From: an uncultured Gammaproteobacteria bacterium
Lineage (GTDB): Bacteria > Patescibacteriota > Patescibacteriia > UBA2591 > UBA6264
Direction of reading: 5' to 3'
Length of the DNA stretch: 5,161 bases
NCBI GenBank assembly: GCA_964507075.1
Contig: CAZDOL010000023.1
Location: 1-5,161 of the forward strand
Below, in pieces: positions 4,128 to 5,161 of this stretch. A model generated the notes under the pieces. That model was not told the origin of the DNA. It did no database searches and worked only from the letters and a program-made list of their open reading frames with translations. The first letter of the stretch is position 1; every line of letters starts with the position of its first letter. The translations under genes and the position numbers were made by a program.

Positions 4128-5161
4128 ATGTTTCTTAAGAAATTCAAAAAACAGGAACATAATTTTAGTCCAGCTTTTGTTATTTTGGTTATAATAGTAG
4201 CTGGATTTTTTATTTATGAAAAAACTAGCCATGAACCTGTGGTTTCTTTTCCCGTTGAGCCAGAAAGGGTTGAGCAGCAGGCGATTAGAGAGATTATTGA
4301 ACCAGAGCAGGAGATAACAAAAGAGCCAGAAAAAAATATTCCCCAACCAACTCAACGTAAATTAGATAATGGACTTTTTACAGCTACCTTTACAGATGGG
4401 TTTTCCAGTCAGGCATGGTTAGATGTTGGACAAACTGATTTGTATTTTGATTGGACTAGCACAAACTTGCTTTTTCCGATTTCTATGACCACGCAGGAAA
4501 TTGGGATACAAGATTTTCCGGGGTTAACTCAACATCCTGAGGAAGAAAAAAATGATGACATTTTGGCTTTACCGCAGATAGCTGAATTGGTGGCTGAGAA
4601 GAATCCCAAACAAGTAGCCGTTGTTAGAGCTCAGGGGCCAAATACATATATGATTGGATTAGCGCAAGAAAAAGCGTTTGAAATATGGGAATATAATTCA
4701 AAAAGCAAAGAGATTAAATTGTTGTTGGGAAAAACAGCGGAATATTCTGGACACCTTGCTTTATTGTCACGTGATAACAGTGTTTTTGTTTTATGGTCTA
4801 GTTATTTTACTTTAGCTTATGAAATAGATAATAATAGAGCGACAAAGGATTTAACCAATGATTTTGGCTGGAGGGTTTCTTCTGATAATGCCGTTAAACT
4901 TTATGAAATTAATGATTTTATTTATATTATCAATGAGGACGGTTTAATTATTCGTTATAATGATGAGATAAGCGTAAGGATTGACCAAGAATTTTGGTTT
5001 ACATATCAACCAGAATTTTTAAAAATAGCAGGCGATTATTTAATAGCAAAGGTGCCAAATGGGGGAGAGAAAATTTATCAATTTGAGGACAGGGGTTTTA
5101 ATTTACAAGGAACGAGGCAGGTTGTTTCTAAAAAAGTGAATTTTTCAGTTAAAAATGTTGG
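4128..5161 (+). CDS. Hypothetical membrane-anchored protein (N-terminal TM helix, acidic linker, uncharacterised domain); 3' end cut by the window edge
   Basis: Not in the ORF track because there is no stop in the window. Hand translation from ATG 4128 gives MFLKKFKKQEHNFSPAFVILVIIVAGFFIYEKTSHEPVVSFPVEPERVEQQAIREIIEPEQEITKEPEKNIPQPTQRKLDNGLFTATFTDGFSSQAWLDVGQTDLYFDW..., open through 5161 (344 codons + 2 nt). An in-frame TGA lies at 4095..4097. Alternative starts are GTG 4101 and TTG 4122. I recognise no catalytic motif. Confidence 0.7.
   Translation, partial: MFLKKFKKQEHNFSPAFVILVIIVAGFFIYEKTSHEPVVSFPVEPERVEQQAIREIIEPEQEITKEPEKNIPQPTQRKLDNGLFTATFTDGFSSQAWLDVGQTDLYFDWTSTNLLFPISMTTQEIGIQDFPGLTQHPEEEKNDDILALPQIAELVAEKNPKQVAVVRAQGPNTYMIGLAQEKAFEIWEYNSKSKEIKLLLGKTAEYSGHLALLSRDNSVFVLWSSYFTLAYEIDNNRATKDLTNDFGWRVSSDNAVKLYEINDFIYIINEDGLIIRYNDEISVRIDQEFWFTYQPEFLKIAGDYLIAKVPNGGEKIYQFEDRGFNLQGTRQVVSKKVNFSVKNV

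Noticed and set aside
4104-4355. 83-aa minus-strand ORF from the track
   Set aside because: It is antisense to the much longer plus-strand ORF (4128..5161), and its 5' end sits on the promoter region. Its sequence is low-complexity and Asn/Leu/Phe-rich, typical of AT-rich antisense frames.
1-5161. Diversity-generating retroelement (TR/VR pair, Avd) or CRISPR-associated RT
   Set aside because: I could find no ~100-bp template/variable repeat pair by eye. Motif 4 lacks the DGR-type SQ signature. There is no small Avd-like ORF, no Cas1-like sequence and no repeat-spacer array. A computed self-dotplot would be the decisive check.
1-5161. Alternative genetic code (UGA recoding, as in some small-genome bacterial lineages)
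   Set aside because: All four long ORFs are uninterrupted under the standard bacterial code. The two complete genes end in TAG and TAA. Nothing requires recoding.

Overview
AT-rich window (roughly 30% GC by eye, not computed). The style resembles small-genome uncultivated bacteria, but the lineage is a guess. All long ORFs read through under the standard code. The minus strand (1..~4107) carries a compact three-gene operon with no intergenic space. It starts with a candidate sigma70-type promoter (~4078..4107), followed by a ~240-nt non-coding leader with several stem-loops (3829..~4070). Next comes a free-standing group-II-intron-like reverse transcriptase (2566..3828). After that is an ABC type-1-exporter-like fused 6-TM + P-loop protein whose ATPase motifs are degenerate except Walker A (891..2630), overlapping the RT by 53-65 nt. 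Last is a membrane-anchored phospholipase-D/HKD protein (1..925), overlapping the ABC-like gene by up to 35 nt and running off the left edge. It is absent from the ORF track and was found by hand translation. A divergent plus-strand gene (4128..5161, runs off the right edge, also hand translated) encodes a membrane-anchored protein with no motifs I recognise. The main lead is the RT + structured leader + degenerate ABC-like membrane ATPase + PLD module. It does not fit a retron, group II intron, DGR or CRISPR-associated RT, and I do not recognise it as a described RT defence system. No rRNA, tRNA, CRISPR array, transposase or long repeat was seen. Motif calls come from reading the translations; no database search was possible.
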